Source of the DNA: a virus
Taxonomy: Duplodnaviria > Caudoviricetes
Length of the DNA stretch: 64,000 bases
Virus record (IMG/VR): IMGVR_UViG_3300009787_000007
Location: 22,346-86,345 of that record
Reading direction: 5' to 3' (one strand)
The notes under the pieces were generated by a model. The model ran no database searches, was not told the origin of the DNA, and was given only the letters and a program-made list of their open reading frames with translations. Positions 49,794 to 59,610 of this stretch are shown here, in pieces (the stretch's first letter is position 1; each line of letters begins with the position of its first letter). The position numbers and the translations under genes were made by a program.

Positions 49794-51836
49794 TTAATTA
49801 CCTAATTCTATTACTAACTCATTATACGTATCTAAATATTCTCTATCAGGTAACTTACTAACTTCTTTCTGTCCTTCTTCTAACACATCTATTATCTTCT
49901 CTAAGTTAGTAATGTCATCTTTAGTTATTATATTTCCATTCTCTAACTTATATACTTTCTCATCTTTAGTAATTGTTTCTTTATTATCTAATTTACTTTT
50001 ACCTTCAATTTTACTTTCTATTATTCCTTCTCTAGCTTTATTCTGTATGTCATCTAAAGTTTGTCTTATACTTCTCTCTCTCTTAATCTCTATAGGCTTA
50101 TCTTCTATATAATCAACTGCATATCTATAAGGCTTAATTTCATATCCTGGTAATTCATTGTTTATTTCATTATCTATATTCTCTATACCTTCTACTGTTC
50201 TGACTGTTCTATATTCTTCTGTAGCTGGTTTATATATATTACTTAAATTATCTACTACTTTATTACTTATACTTATATCTTCATCCTTAACTAAATTCTT
50301 TACTTTACTTACACTGTTTATTACTTCTTCTCCAGTTTTATCTATCTCCTTTATAAAGGATTTAAAAGCATTACTACGTGCTAATAAAAATCCACCTGTA
50401 ACAGCTAGACCTAATCCAGTTACATTTATAGCTGTATCAATAGCTTTTTCTATCGAATCAGATTGTTCATTAGCTTTCTGTATATCTTCTATATTTCTAT
50501 CTATATCTTTATTACTTCTACTTATTCTTAACTCAGATTTATTACTACTAGCTCTAGTTGTAGTACCTTTTTCTACACCACTTTTTGTTACTTTCTTAGT
50601 TCCATTATCAATACTTACCCATCTACAATTGCAGTTAGGATGGTACGCTATAACAGGAAAATTAGGATTCTTCCAAACTGTTTTAGTTTCTTCAGTACCT
50701 TTATAATTTAGTACACCTGTATCAGTAATACTTCCTATTTCTAGTAGATGTCTAACTGTATATCTTTTACCATTCATGAATTTACAAGCTTTACATACTT
50801 CATATCCAGTAATTAAACCTTCTAATTCAAAGTCAGCATTCCATTCTACTATCCTATCTAAATCTTCTGGACTATTAAATGCTGCTAATTTACCAAAGTT
50901 ATAAGCTAAAACTAGTTCTGTTCTAACTATTCTTCTAGCTCTAATGGTTCTTTCTTCTAATGTTTCATCTACAGTTAAGCTAGTTAAACTAGCTCTAATA
51001 CTTGTAGTAATATCATTAATATTCTTAGCACTACTCTTTATACTTTTTACACTTCCTATATCTTTAGATAGATAATCTTTAATATCTTGTTTTACATATT
51101 GGTCATATCTTCTAGCATATTCTATACCTAATACAGCTTTTCTTTGTTTAATATAATTACTGCCTAAGTAGTTAGCTTTCATAGCTTCAGCTTTTTTAGA
51201 ATCATTTACTATAGTTTTGATACTTTCTAAAAATGATTTTCTTTGTTCCATATTCATTCTGCCAGTAATAAATTCATGACCATCTAAACCTAATCTTTCA
51301 AATAGTCTTAATCTTTTAGCTTCATCTAATAGTCTAATATTTCTAGTTACTCTAGCTTTATCTTTACTAGCCTTATTTCTTTTATCTCTTTCTCTCTGAC
51401 TTATAAATTCTGCTATATCAGTAATCCCTATATATCCAAACTTAATATTCTTAGGTTTAGTTTTACTTACTTTCTCATTAAATACTTTCTTAAATGATTT
51501 ATTGTTATAAAGTAAATCAGCTATATGATGTTTAATACCAGTTTCAAAAGCATCATTCCATACTTCACCTATAACATTAGTAAATATATTTCTATTGAAT
51601 CCGAATAGATTCATGAAAGGTTTTTTATGTTCCATAGATAGATTATCTATAGTATGTTTAGGATTACTATTAGCTATTCTTTCTAAGTCTTCTGTAGGTG
51701 TATTAACTATAAAACTAGTTGCAGTATCTAATAATAAATTCTTAAATGTCTTCTCCTTATATTTAGAATCTAATTTAGTAAAGCTAATATTAGTAATTAT
51801 ATTTAAATCATTAAGTTGTTTATTACTATGTGTCAT
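49794..51836 (-). CDS. MuF/SPP1 gp7-like minor head protein with C-terminal extension
   Basis: RARRIVRTELVLAYNFG, W.A.......VC..C..MNG..Y and P...HPNCNC signatures; extra 270 or so residues including VTGLGLAVTGGFLLA. Confidence 0.85.
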   Translation of the reverse strand: MTHSNKQLNDLNIITNISFTKLDSKYKEKTFKNLLLDTATSFIVNTPTEDLERIANSNPKHTIDNLSMEHKKPFMNLFGFNRNIFTNVIGEVWNDAFETGIKHHIADLLYNNKSFKKVFNEKVSKTKPKNIKFGYIGITDIAEFISQRERDKRNKASKDKARVTRNIRLLDEAKRLRLFERLGLDGHEFITGRMNMEQRKSFLESIKTIVNDSKKAEAMKANYLGSNYIKQRKAVLGIEYARRYDQYVKQDIKDYLSKDIGSVKSIKSSAKNINDITTSIRASLTSLTVDETLEERTIRARRIVRTELVLAYNFGKLAAFNSPEDLDRIVEWNADFELEGLITGYEVCKACKFMNGKRYTVRHLLEIGSITDTGVLNYKGTEETKTVWKNPNFPVIAYHPNCNCRWVSIDNGTKKVTKSGVEKGTTTRASSNKSELRISRSNKDIDRNIEDIQKANEQSDSIEKAIDTAINVTGLGLAVTGGFLLARSNAFKSFIKEIDKTGEEVINSVSKVKNLVKDEDISISNKVVDNLSNIYKPATEEYRTVRTVEGIENIDNEINNELPGYEIKPYRYAVDYIEDKPIEIKRERSIRQTLDDIQNKAREGIIESKIEGKSKLDNKETITKDEKVYKLENGNIITKDDITNLEKIIDVLEEGQKEVSKLPDREYLDTYNELVIELGN

Positions 51837-51942
51837 ATGAGTATATTAATTTTAGTGTATAATAAATTTTAGTTATATAGATATAATACAGTAATTAACA
51901 TTAAATCATTAACAATAAACTAACTAAAGTAGATTAATTAAT

Positions 51943-52488
51943 ATGAAAACTAAGAAAGATAATAAAAAATATATAGAACAGCAGAAAGAGTTTGAAAAAG
52001 TATATGAATATATAGATACTAGATTTAGAGATGAATTTCCTGATTTAGAACATCCTTTATTTACGATAGAAAAGACTATTAAGTATCTAGGTGATTTTAT
52101 ATATGAACAATTAGTACAAGAACAAGTAGCGTCAGTATTTGGATTAGGTAAGTTCTCAATAGTTTCTAAATTAAATAGATATGGTGATTTACAATTCTAT
52201 CCTAAGTTTAGGTATGGAGTTCATCTAGTTAGAAAAATTAGAAGCACTAAAGGTACTTGCACTGTTGCTGAGAAAAAACTATTAGAGAAAAAAGCTAATG
52301 TAAATAGAGAGATATGGAATAAACGAGTTTATTATATGTTAAAAAAATATGGTAAAGTAACTCAAGCTTTCTTAGATTATAGAAAAAGATTAAGATTATC
52401 TGATGACTGGCAATCAGAATTTAAGGAAGTTCTAGACCAACTAGAAAGAGAAAAATCAGCTAAGTTAATTAAAACTACTATTGATTAA
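51943..52488 (+). CDS. HU/IHF-like DNA-binding protein
   Basis: TIKYLGDFIYEQLVQEQVASVFGLGKFSIVSK..R.G...YPKFRYG..L.RKI aligns with the HU core, with shortened arms and a basic tail. Confidence 0.55.
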   Translation: MKTKKDNKKYIEQQKEFEKVYEYIDTRFRDEFPDLEHPLFTIEKTIKYLGDFIYEQLVQEQVASVFGLGKFSIVSKLNRYGDLQFYPKFRYGVHLVRKIRSTKGTCTVAEKKLLEKKANVNREIWNKRVYYMLKKYGKVTQAFLDYRKRLRLSDDWQSEFKEVLDQLEREKSAKLIKTTID

Positions 52489-55400
52489 CTATAACTACTT
52501 GTAGGAATACTAAAATTAGTTGTATATAAAGCTAATCTTCTATATATCATAAATTCATCTATTAATACATTTATATAGCTAGTTAGTAATGTAGTGCTTA
52601 TTTGACCTATAATTACTGGACTATAATAATCTCTTATTTCTATATTACAACTAGCTGTATTTACTAAATTACCATTATAAAATAGATATAGTGTATTATT
52701 CTGTCTACATATACTAATAAAATTAAATATATAATTTATATTCCAGAAGTTACTAGGTAATGTATAAGTTATATATGAACCTTCATAACTTAAGTTATTA
52801 CTAATAAATAAATTACTTCCATATATTCCTATAGTTAAATCTGTTTGACTATAAATGATTAATGTATCATTACTATTTAAACTACTATTAATAGCTATCC
52901 AAAAACTTATAGTAAAATCTTCATATAAATAAGCATAATATCCATTATTAACTATTGTTATATAGTTATAGCTAGAATTATTTACTAATTGATATGAATA
53001 TCCACCAAATTTATAATGATTATTAAATGTTAAACTACCATTAATATTATTTCCTATGCTAGAACTATCAACTAAATTGTTATCTAAATGTAATAATAAT
53101 AAATATTTAGGATTGTTATAATAATCTCTTATAGCTTTATTTATAGCACTGATTATAGTTAATGTATTATTATTTGTAGTAGCATCTGTTATAGGTTTAT
53201 CTAATACTAATACTAAAGCTAAATAACCTTTTACACTATTATCAGTAAACATTCTATCTTGTGCTATTCTATCGAAACTTAATGCACTATTACTATTTAT
53301 AATAATAGTATTTAGTACAATATTATCTATCTGATAAACTGTATTATTTATTAATTGTCCATTTACATAATTATTAGATTCTAATATTGAATTACTAGTA
53401 GCACTAATATCAAATATATAATTGTTTAATCCGCTAGAGAAGTTATTTGTACTGTCTTGTCCAAATAAAAATGCTCTACCTGTACTGTCTTCTTTCTTAA
53501 TATATGCAACTATAAAACATTGTCCAGTTATATTTCCTGTTAGATTTAATGATGAACTACCATCTATCTCATACTCTATTACATCATAATTATCTACTAT
53601 ACTTAATGCTGTATAATATAAATTTCCTATCGCATTAAATGTAGTTCCAGTTAATCTATAATCTTCCCATTCACTTACTGTTGTAATACCACTATTACTT
53701 ACTGTTGTAATACTATCATTAGTAGGAATTAATATTAATTCAAAACTATAATTAATATTATATAAACTATTATCCTCTAATAAACTTTTTAATGATAAAT
53801 ATAATGAGTTAGTTCTTACACTTATATCTACATAAAAACTTAATAGTGTACTTAAATTACTACTATTAGTACAAGTTATTTGAAATTCAATTATTTCATC
53901 TTCTATATCAGTAAAACTAAGTGTATTGTTAGTTATACTAGCATCATTAGTATTTTCTATAAAAGTATAAGTTAATGTAGAACCTAATATATCTAATACT
54001 TTCTTACTTAAATCAATATTTACATTAGTATTACTAGTATATACAGTGCTACTATCTACTATAATAGGTGCCAGTGAGCTAAAATTTGTTGTAGCTAATA
54101 AATTAGTTAAAGAATTAATATCGTTTGAATCTAATATAATTGACCATGATGCGAAGAAAGCTAGATTACCTCTTAGATTTTGTAATCCTCCAAAAGATAT
54201 AGCTGAACTACCACTATTAACTGTAGCTATGATTATAGTAATTTGATTTAAAGGTATTAAATAATTACTAGCATTTACAGCTAATCTATTTACAGTAACA
54301 TTTAAAGCTGTAACTGAAGTATTACCAAATGTTTGATTTGTACTATTACTAACTGTCCATAATACTCCAGTTCCATATATGTCGGGAAAAGTATCTAACA
54401 TATTCCTTATACCATAACTAGTCTGTTCATATACCCATACAAATGTCATACCACTAATGCTAGTAGTTAGATTACCTATATATGAATTACCTGTAAATGA
54501 TACAGTATTTAAGTTATTAAAGTTAGTATTAGATATATTTAATATTGGAGGATTAGTATTAGGAGTTAGTACAGGTATATTTAATCTTCTAGCATCTTCC
54601 CATGAAGTTAAATTATTATAATTATCGGTATATATACCATAAGATGTATTATCTATAGGACTATAGTTAGCAGAGAGAATTAGAGTTAAGTTATTACTTT
54701 GAGGAATACTATTAATAATAGGATCTGCTCTTACTATAACTAAGTTAAATATAAAGGTATTATTAAATCCACCTGAGTTAGTAGTTTGTATAGTAATAGT
54801 ACCGTTATAAGTTATGTTTAAATAACCACTTAATACACTTCCAGTAAAACTCAATCCTATAGTTAAAGGACTAATTAAAGTATAACTTTCTATTGAATAC
54901 CATTCATCAACTAATATAGTTGAGAAATCAAAGTTAAATACACTTCCAACTAATAATCTAAATGATGGAGTAGAACTTAATACTGTTCCTTGATAATTAA
55001 TATAATAAGTAGCTAATCCAGCTTCAATAGATTCTATTAAACTTAAATCTATACTTTCACTAAATGTTAATATAGCTGCTATTTTACCTTTTACACTATT
55101 AGCATTAGTATTAGTATCAATACCATTAGTTATTCCTCCTAATATTCCATTTTGTCCACCAAAACCACTTATAGGTAATATTCCTGTTGAGTTAGAAAAG
55201 TTATAAACAGTTAATATTCTAGGATTATTCAAAGGTACATATTCTGTAGGACTAACTACTTTTCCATTTATCCTAGATATAGCATTGTAAACAGCACTTC
55301 CATCTAATGCTTCATTTCCCCATAATTGACTATCATTAGGAGGAAAATGATCATAATGTTCATATTCATAAACTCCAACTACTTCTGTATCAGGAGAATA

Positions 55401-55790
55401 TATTATATATGCTCCACTAACTCTTACTAAATATACTATAATTATTGTTCCTATATTAATAGGATTATTTAAATATAATACATCAGTACCATCATTATTA
55501 AAATCAATACTAGCTTTATTATTAAACTGACTATCATTAATAATTAGTTGAGGTTGATTACCACTAACACTATATAAATAATTAGTATCTCCTATTAAGT
55601 TATACCAGTTATTTACTAACAATTGATTACTGTTATTAGTTGAAGTTCCAACATATGAAGTATGTAAATAATCGTTAGTTAATACATAGAAGCTATTTAA
55701 ACTTGGTATATCTTTTACTAAATTCCATATAGGAACTGTAGGCTCTATATATCCATTAAATGTACTATTAAATGCCGATAATAGTTTCAT
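52485..55790 (-). CDS. Multi-LamG/Ig fibre-like virion protein
   Basis: Three concanavalin-like units (W.D......, GKIA.IL.F...L) and a final YLLLLHLDN...DEFMIYRRLALYTTNFSIP module. Confidence 0.7.
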   Translation of the reverse strand: MKLLSAFNSTFNGYIEPTVPIWNLVKDIPSLNSFYVLTNDYLHTSYVGTSTNNSNQLLVNNWYNLIGDTNYLYSVSGNQPQLIINDSQFNNKASIDFNNDGTDVLYLNNPINIGTIIIVYLVRVSGAYIIYSPDTEVVGVYEYEHYDHFPPNDSQLWGNEALDGSAVYNAISRINGKVVSPTEYVPLNNPRILTVYNFSNSTGILPISGFGGQNGILGGITNGIDTNTNANSVKGKIAAILTFSESIDLSLIESIEAGLATYYINYQGTVLSSTPSFRLLVGSVFNFDFSTILVDEWYSIESYTLISPLTIGLSFTGSVLSGYLNITYNGTITIQTTNSGGFNNTFIFNLVIVRADPIINSIPQSNNLTLILSANYSPIDNTSYGIYTDNYNNLTSWEDARRLNIPVLTPNTNPPILNISNTNFNNLNTVSFTGNSYIGNLTTSISGMTFVWVYEQTSYGIRNMLDTFPDIYGTGVLWTVSNSTNQTFGNTSVTALNVTVNRLAVNASNYLIPLNQITIIIATVNSGSSAISFGGLQNLRGNLAFFASWSIILDSNDINSLTNLLATTNFSSLAPIIVDSSTVYTSNTNVNIDLSKKVLDILGSTLTYTFIENTNDASITNNTLSFTDIEDEIIEFQITCTNSSNLSTLLSFYVDISVRTNSLYLSLKSLLEDNSLYNINYSFELILIPTNDSITTVSNSGITTVSEWEDYRLTGTTFNAIGNLYYTALSIVDNYDVIEYEIDGSSSLNLTGNITGQCFIVAYIKKEDSTGRAFLFGQDSTNNFSSGLNNYIFDISATSNSILESNNYVNGQLINNTVYQIDNIVLNTIIINSNSALSFDRIAQDRMFTDNSVKGYLALVLVLDKPITDATTNNNTLTIISAINKAIRDYYNNPKYLLLLHLDNNLVDSSSIGNNINGSLTFNNHYKFGGYSYQLVNNSSYNYITIVNNGYYAYLYEDFTISFWIAINSSLNSNDTLIIYSQTDLTIGIYGSNLFISNNLSYEGSYITYTLPSNFWNINYIFNFISICRQNNTLYLFYNGNLVNTASCNIEIRDYYSPVIIGQISTTLLTSYINVLIDEFMIYRRLALYTTNFSIPTSSYS

Positions 55791-56520
55791 AGTTATCCTG
55801 CATATACATTCTAATTAAAGTAATTACATAGTTATAATTCTTAGTAAATTCATGTCTTTTCCAATCTATTAAAAAATTTCTCCAATTAGCTAAATTATTA
55901 TTATCCTTATTATCAGTATCGGTATTAGTATTAGGTATATGAGTTCTAATCTTTTCTATTTCTTCATTAGTTAATTTTCTATCTTGATTAAGTAATAATA
56001 AAAATTCATCTTTATATATAACATCAGGTTTATTAGGAAATACTATACAATGTGGATAAGCAACTTTGTTTAAACACATTCTTAATAAAGTAATATAATG
56101 TTTATATTTAGTTTTAGTTTCATCTGTTATAGTTTCATTATGAATAATACTTATAGCTTCTTTTAATAAATCATCTCTTTCTTTTCTCTTATGTTCATAC
56201 AGATGATTTAGTTTATTACTATCTATTTCATATATAATTCTACATTCCCATTCACCATTAATATTAATTGCTGGTTTACTATATCTAGTATTGTAATAAA
56301 TTAATACTGGTTTACCTTCTTTATCTTTTACTAAATTATCTTGATTATCTACTATTAATACTCTTTTATATCCAAAATGATTTAATACTGAATCATTAAT
56401 TACTTCTGGTAATATTACACCACCTTTACCTATAGGATCTAACTTCTTACTAACTTCTTTTCTAACTTCACTTGCATTTAATATTCTTACTTCATCATTC
56501 TCTGTATTTACATAAAACAT
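55768..56520 (-). CDS. Tail fibre assembly chaperone-like protein
   Basis: RKERDDLLKE...Y..Y...LR.......YP..I.FP.KP matches the Phage_tail_APC-type motif. Confidence 0.6.
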   Translation of the reverse strand: MFYVNTENDEVRILNASEVRKEVSKKLDPIGKGGVILPEVINDSVLNHFGYKRVLIVDNQDNLVKDKEGKPVLIYYNTRYSKPAININGEWECRIIYEIDSNKLNHLYEHKRKERDDLLKEAISIIHNETITDETKTKYKHYITLLRMCLNKVAYPHCIVFPNKPDVIYKDEFLLLLNQDRKLTNEEIEKIRTHIPNTNTDTDNKDNNNLANWRNFLIDWKRHEFTKNYNYVITLIRMYMQDNYETIIGI

Positions 56521-56553
56521 AATATAATTAATCCTTTACTTTCTATATAATTT

Positions 56554-57663
56554 CTATATACTATCTACATTAGCTAAACTAATTCCTTTCTGTAATACTT
56601 TAGTTATTATACTGCTATCACCTTGATATGTCAATAAATTTAATATATTACATGGTTCTATTAACTGTGGTGCAATTCCATTCTCGTATTGTATATAACT
56701 ATTAAACTGTATAATTCCTGTAAAATTATCAAGTATAATATTATTCATTATCATAGAACTTATATTTATATCAAAATCATATATCAAATTTAATGTTAAT
56801 ATCTGTACACTACTATTACAATTAATATAGAATAAACTATAGTTATTTAAATATAAATTAATGGTTTCTTGTATACTATTTAGTGATATACTATCAACAC
56901 TATAATATAAGTTAATTATTGAATTATAATTACAATTTAAACTATTACCTAATACTGGTGTACTATCCCATGATATATGTAAACTAGAAGTTCTGTCTAT
57001 ATTAGAACTTTCTTCTATTGCTGGTATATTCTTTATTAACCATCCATTACTAGGTGTATTATATTCAATATCTTCTAGTAAAGCTAATTTACTTGTTTCA
57101 GGTTTTAATATCCAACTACCATCCATATTAGGACTAAAATAATCATTAGTTGTATAATTACCAGCAATATAAGTTAAAGCATATGTATCATAATTACTAG
57201 TTAATTGACTACTAATATTTACATCTAATAATTGTTCTAATTTAAATTGGTGTTCAATTACACTTTCTAATTGACTATTTAATGTGACAGCTAAATAATT
57301 ATATGGAATATTAGTTGTAATAGTTGATTCTTGTAAATCAGTGATAGATAAGAAAGGATAATCAGTAGTAAAATATAACTGATTTAAATCTATGTTATTA
57401 GGATCTGGAAATTTAATCTTTACTAAAGCATATGCTTCATTACTAGATTCAACACCTTGTATATAATCTAATAAATCAACTAGTTTTCTAGCACTATTTC
57501 CTACTATTACTAATTCATTATTCGTTACTTTAGCTAATATTTCTTTGTTAGAAAAACATATTATTACTTCACCTAATAATATATTGTTTATATAATTTAT
57601 ATTACTATTACTAATACTTTCTAACGTTAATCTTGAATGTTTAAATACTCTTTTACTACTCAT
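56554..57663 (-). CDS. Fibre protein, paralogue of the ORF at 57684
   Basis: LGEV.I......I..K N-terminal motif, L.QLLDVNI repeat, and a C-terminal G..Q....I.YENG.AP.L domain. Confidence 0.6.
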   Translation of the reverse strand: MSSKRVFKHSRLTLESISNSNINYINNILLGEVIICFSNKEILAKVTNNELVIVGNSARKLVDLLDYIQGVESSNEAYALVKIKFPDPNNIDLNQLYFTTDYPFLSITDLQESTITTNIPYNYLAVTLNSQLESVIEHQFKLEQLLDVNISSQLTSNYDTYALTYIAGNYTTNDYFSPNMDGSWILKPETSKLALLEDIEYNTPSNGWLIKNIPAIEESSNIDRTSSLHISWDSTPVLGNSLNCNYNSIINLYYSVDSISLNSIQETINLYLNNYSLFYINCNSSVQILTLNLIYDFDINISSMIMNNIILDNFTGIIQFNSYIQYENGIAPQLIEPCNILNLLTYQGDSSIITKVLQKGISLANVDSI

Positions 57664-57683
57664 ATTTTATATAAATCATATTA

Positions 57684-59591
57684 TTATAAAAACATTTCAT
57701 TAGCTACTGGATTATATATATTACCTACATTAGAATATAAATCAAATACTATATCCTGTAAGTAACTATAATCATTACCATTACTATCTATATTTTCATA
57801 TCCTCCTACTAATCCGAATCTCATGTTAGGTAATAAGAAGTTAGTTTTATATCTAGCATATTTAGTTAATCTAACACTGTTTAAATTACCAACTAAATTA
57901 ATATCAGCATTAGTTATATTGAAACTTGTAATACTGCTATCAGTTACTATTCCACTACTATTACTCTCTTTACATACTTGATATATTCCTTGTATATATA
58001 TATATATATATACTCCACTTCTAACTACTGCTATATGTATATAATTACTATCTTCGTTAGAAAAGTAACTAAAAGCATTTATAAGTGTATAAGTATTACT
58101 TCCTATAATTACTTGTAATATAGTATTTTGAGTAGTATTAATAGCACCTGTATAAATAATTCTAAATGTTGTAATAGAGTTATTATTACTAGCATTATTA
58201 TCTATAAATGTATTAGTTATTGTAGTATTAGAATTATAATCATTATCACTAGGATAGTTAATAAAAAATTCAAATGTAAAATCATTATTAATTGTAATAT
58301 TACTATTGCTAGTTATATTAATTGAATTAGCATAACTAAGAAATTCTGCTACATATTCTTGTAATCCAAAACTATAGAATGAAGTAGCTAATTGAGTAGT
58401 ATTTGTAGTAATATTATTAGCTAATAAAGATTTATCAGCATACCATATGTTGTTTAGGCTAGTTGTTTCAAAGTTTAATAATAGTTGTACATATTTAAAA
58501 TAATTATCATATAGATGAGGTATATCAAATTGTTCTATGGTAGCATATCTTGATTCATCATATCTATAAGCTGGTATTCCTCCTTCGCCTAGAGAAGCTA
58601 AGTTTAGAGCATTAGCTGTAACATAGCTAGTGATTATATTATTTATATTTTGAATAGTTATAGTAATTAAATCTATCTTTCCATTACCTGATAATTGAAT
58701 AGGTTTACCATCTTCAAACTTAGCATTAGTTAATCCAGCTATGAATATATTACCTGTTGATTGTCTAATTTCTAACATCATAATAACTGATGTATTCTCA
58801 GCTAAATTATTAGCAGTAATATTAATTAAACACTGACTATTTGTATTTACATCTACTCCTTGTATTACAAAATAATCTCCAGTTGAATAATCACATGTTA
58901 TTGAACTAACATTAGCAGTAATATATTGTGTTCTATAACTACTATTATTTATAGTATAAGCACTAGCATTTAAGTTACCTCCAAGTGTAGGATTAGTATC
59001 ATTAACTATTTGTAAATTCTGATTTTCCCATTTATCATCTGTAGCATTATAAACTAGTACCTGATTATTATCTGAACCTGATACATTTACATCTAATAAG
59101 TCTTGAAGTAAGTTAGTTCTAGGTCTAGTTTTAAACGAATTACTAGGATAATCAAAGTATAATATCTCATTATTCTGACTACTTGAATTAGAACTATTTG
59201 AAGGTATTACATTTACATCTAATAGTTGATATAAAGAATATGAAGGTTGAAAGTTTCTATATGCTAAATATGTAGGATCATATCTTAAATAATCTCCAGC
59301 TTGAGGGTTGTTTATCTCTACATCAGTTAAACTATCTATTGTACCTACTTTATCTGTAATTACAAAGGAATTACCTTGTTGTATAATAAATGCACCATCT
59401 GTAGCATTAGTAAAGTCTATATCTTGTAGATCAGTTAGATTTAATGCACCTTGTCCTATTTCAACTATTACACCTTCAAATGTCTTTGTATACAATGTCG
59501 CTGTATTACCATTTAACTGTACTACTATCTCTCCTATCTCTATGTCACTACCACTAGGTATTTCAGTTCCTTCATAATGTTTTAATAGCAT
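57684..59591 (-). CDS. Fibre protein with four L.DL.DV.I repeats and a LamG-like C-terminus
   Basis: GEIVVQL.....LYTK N-terminus; repeats L.DL.D[VI]...Q.L.Y.....W.N; LSGNGKID domain; DNYFKYVQLLLNF...RLTKYARY..NF module. Confidence 0.72.
   Translation of the reverse strand: MLLKHYEGTEIPSGSDIEIGEIVVQLNGNTATLYTKTFEGVIVEIGQGALNLTDLQDIDFTNATDGAFIIQQGNSFVITDKVGTIDSLTDVEINNPQAGDYLRYDPTYLAYRNFQPSYSLYQLLDVNVIPSNSSNSSSQNNEILYFDYPSNSFKTRPRTNLLQDLLDVNVSGSDNNQVLVYNATDDKWENQNLQIVNDTNPTLGGNLNASAYTINNSSYRTQYITANVSSITCDYSTGDYFVIQGVDVNTNSQCLINITANNLAENTSVIMMLEIRQSTGNIFIAGLTNAKFEDGKPIQLSGNGKIDLITITIQNINNIITSYVTANALNLASLGEGGIPAYRYDESRYATIEQFDIPHLYDNYFKYVQLLLNFETTSLNNIWYADKSLLANNITTNTTQLATSFYSFGLQEYVAEFLSYANSINITSNSNITINNDFTFEFFINYPSDNDYNSNTTITNTFIDNNASNNNSITTFRIIYTGAINTTQNTILQVIIGSNTYTLINAFSYFSNEDSNYIHIAVVRSGVYIYIYIQGIYQVCKESNSSGIVTDSSITSFNITNADINLVGNLNSVRLTKYARYKTNFLLPNMRFGLVGGYENIDSNGNDYSYLQDIVFDLYSNVGNIYNPVANEMFL
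57993..58012. repeat. (TA)10 inside a fibre CDS
   Basis: Encodes VYIYIYIQ in the 635-aa protein. Confidence 0.85.
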
Positions 59592-59610
59592 CTATTACTA
59601 ACCTTTTTTA

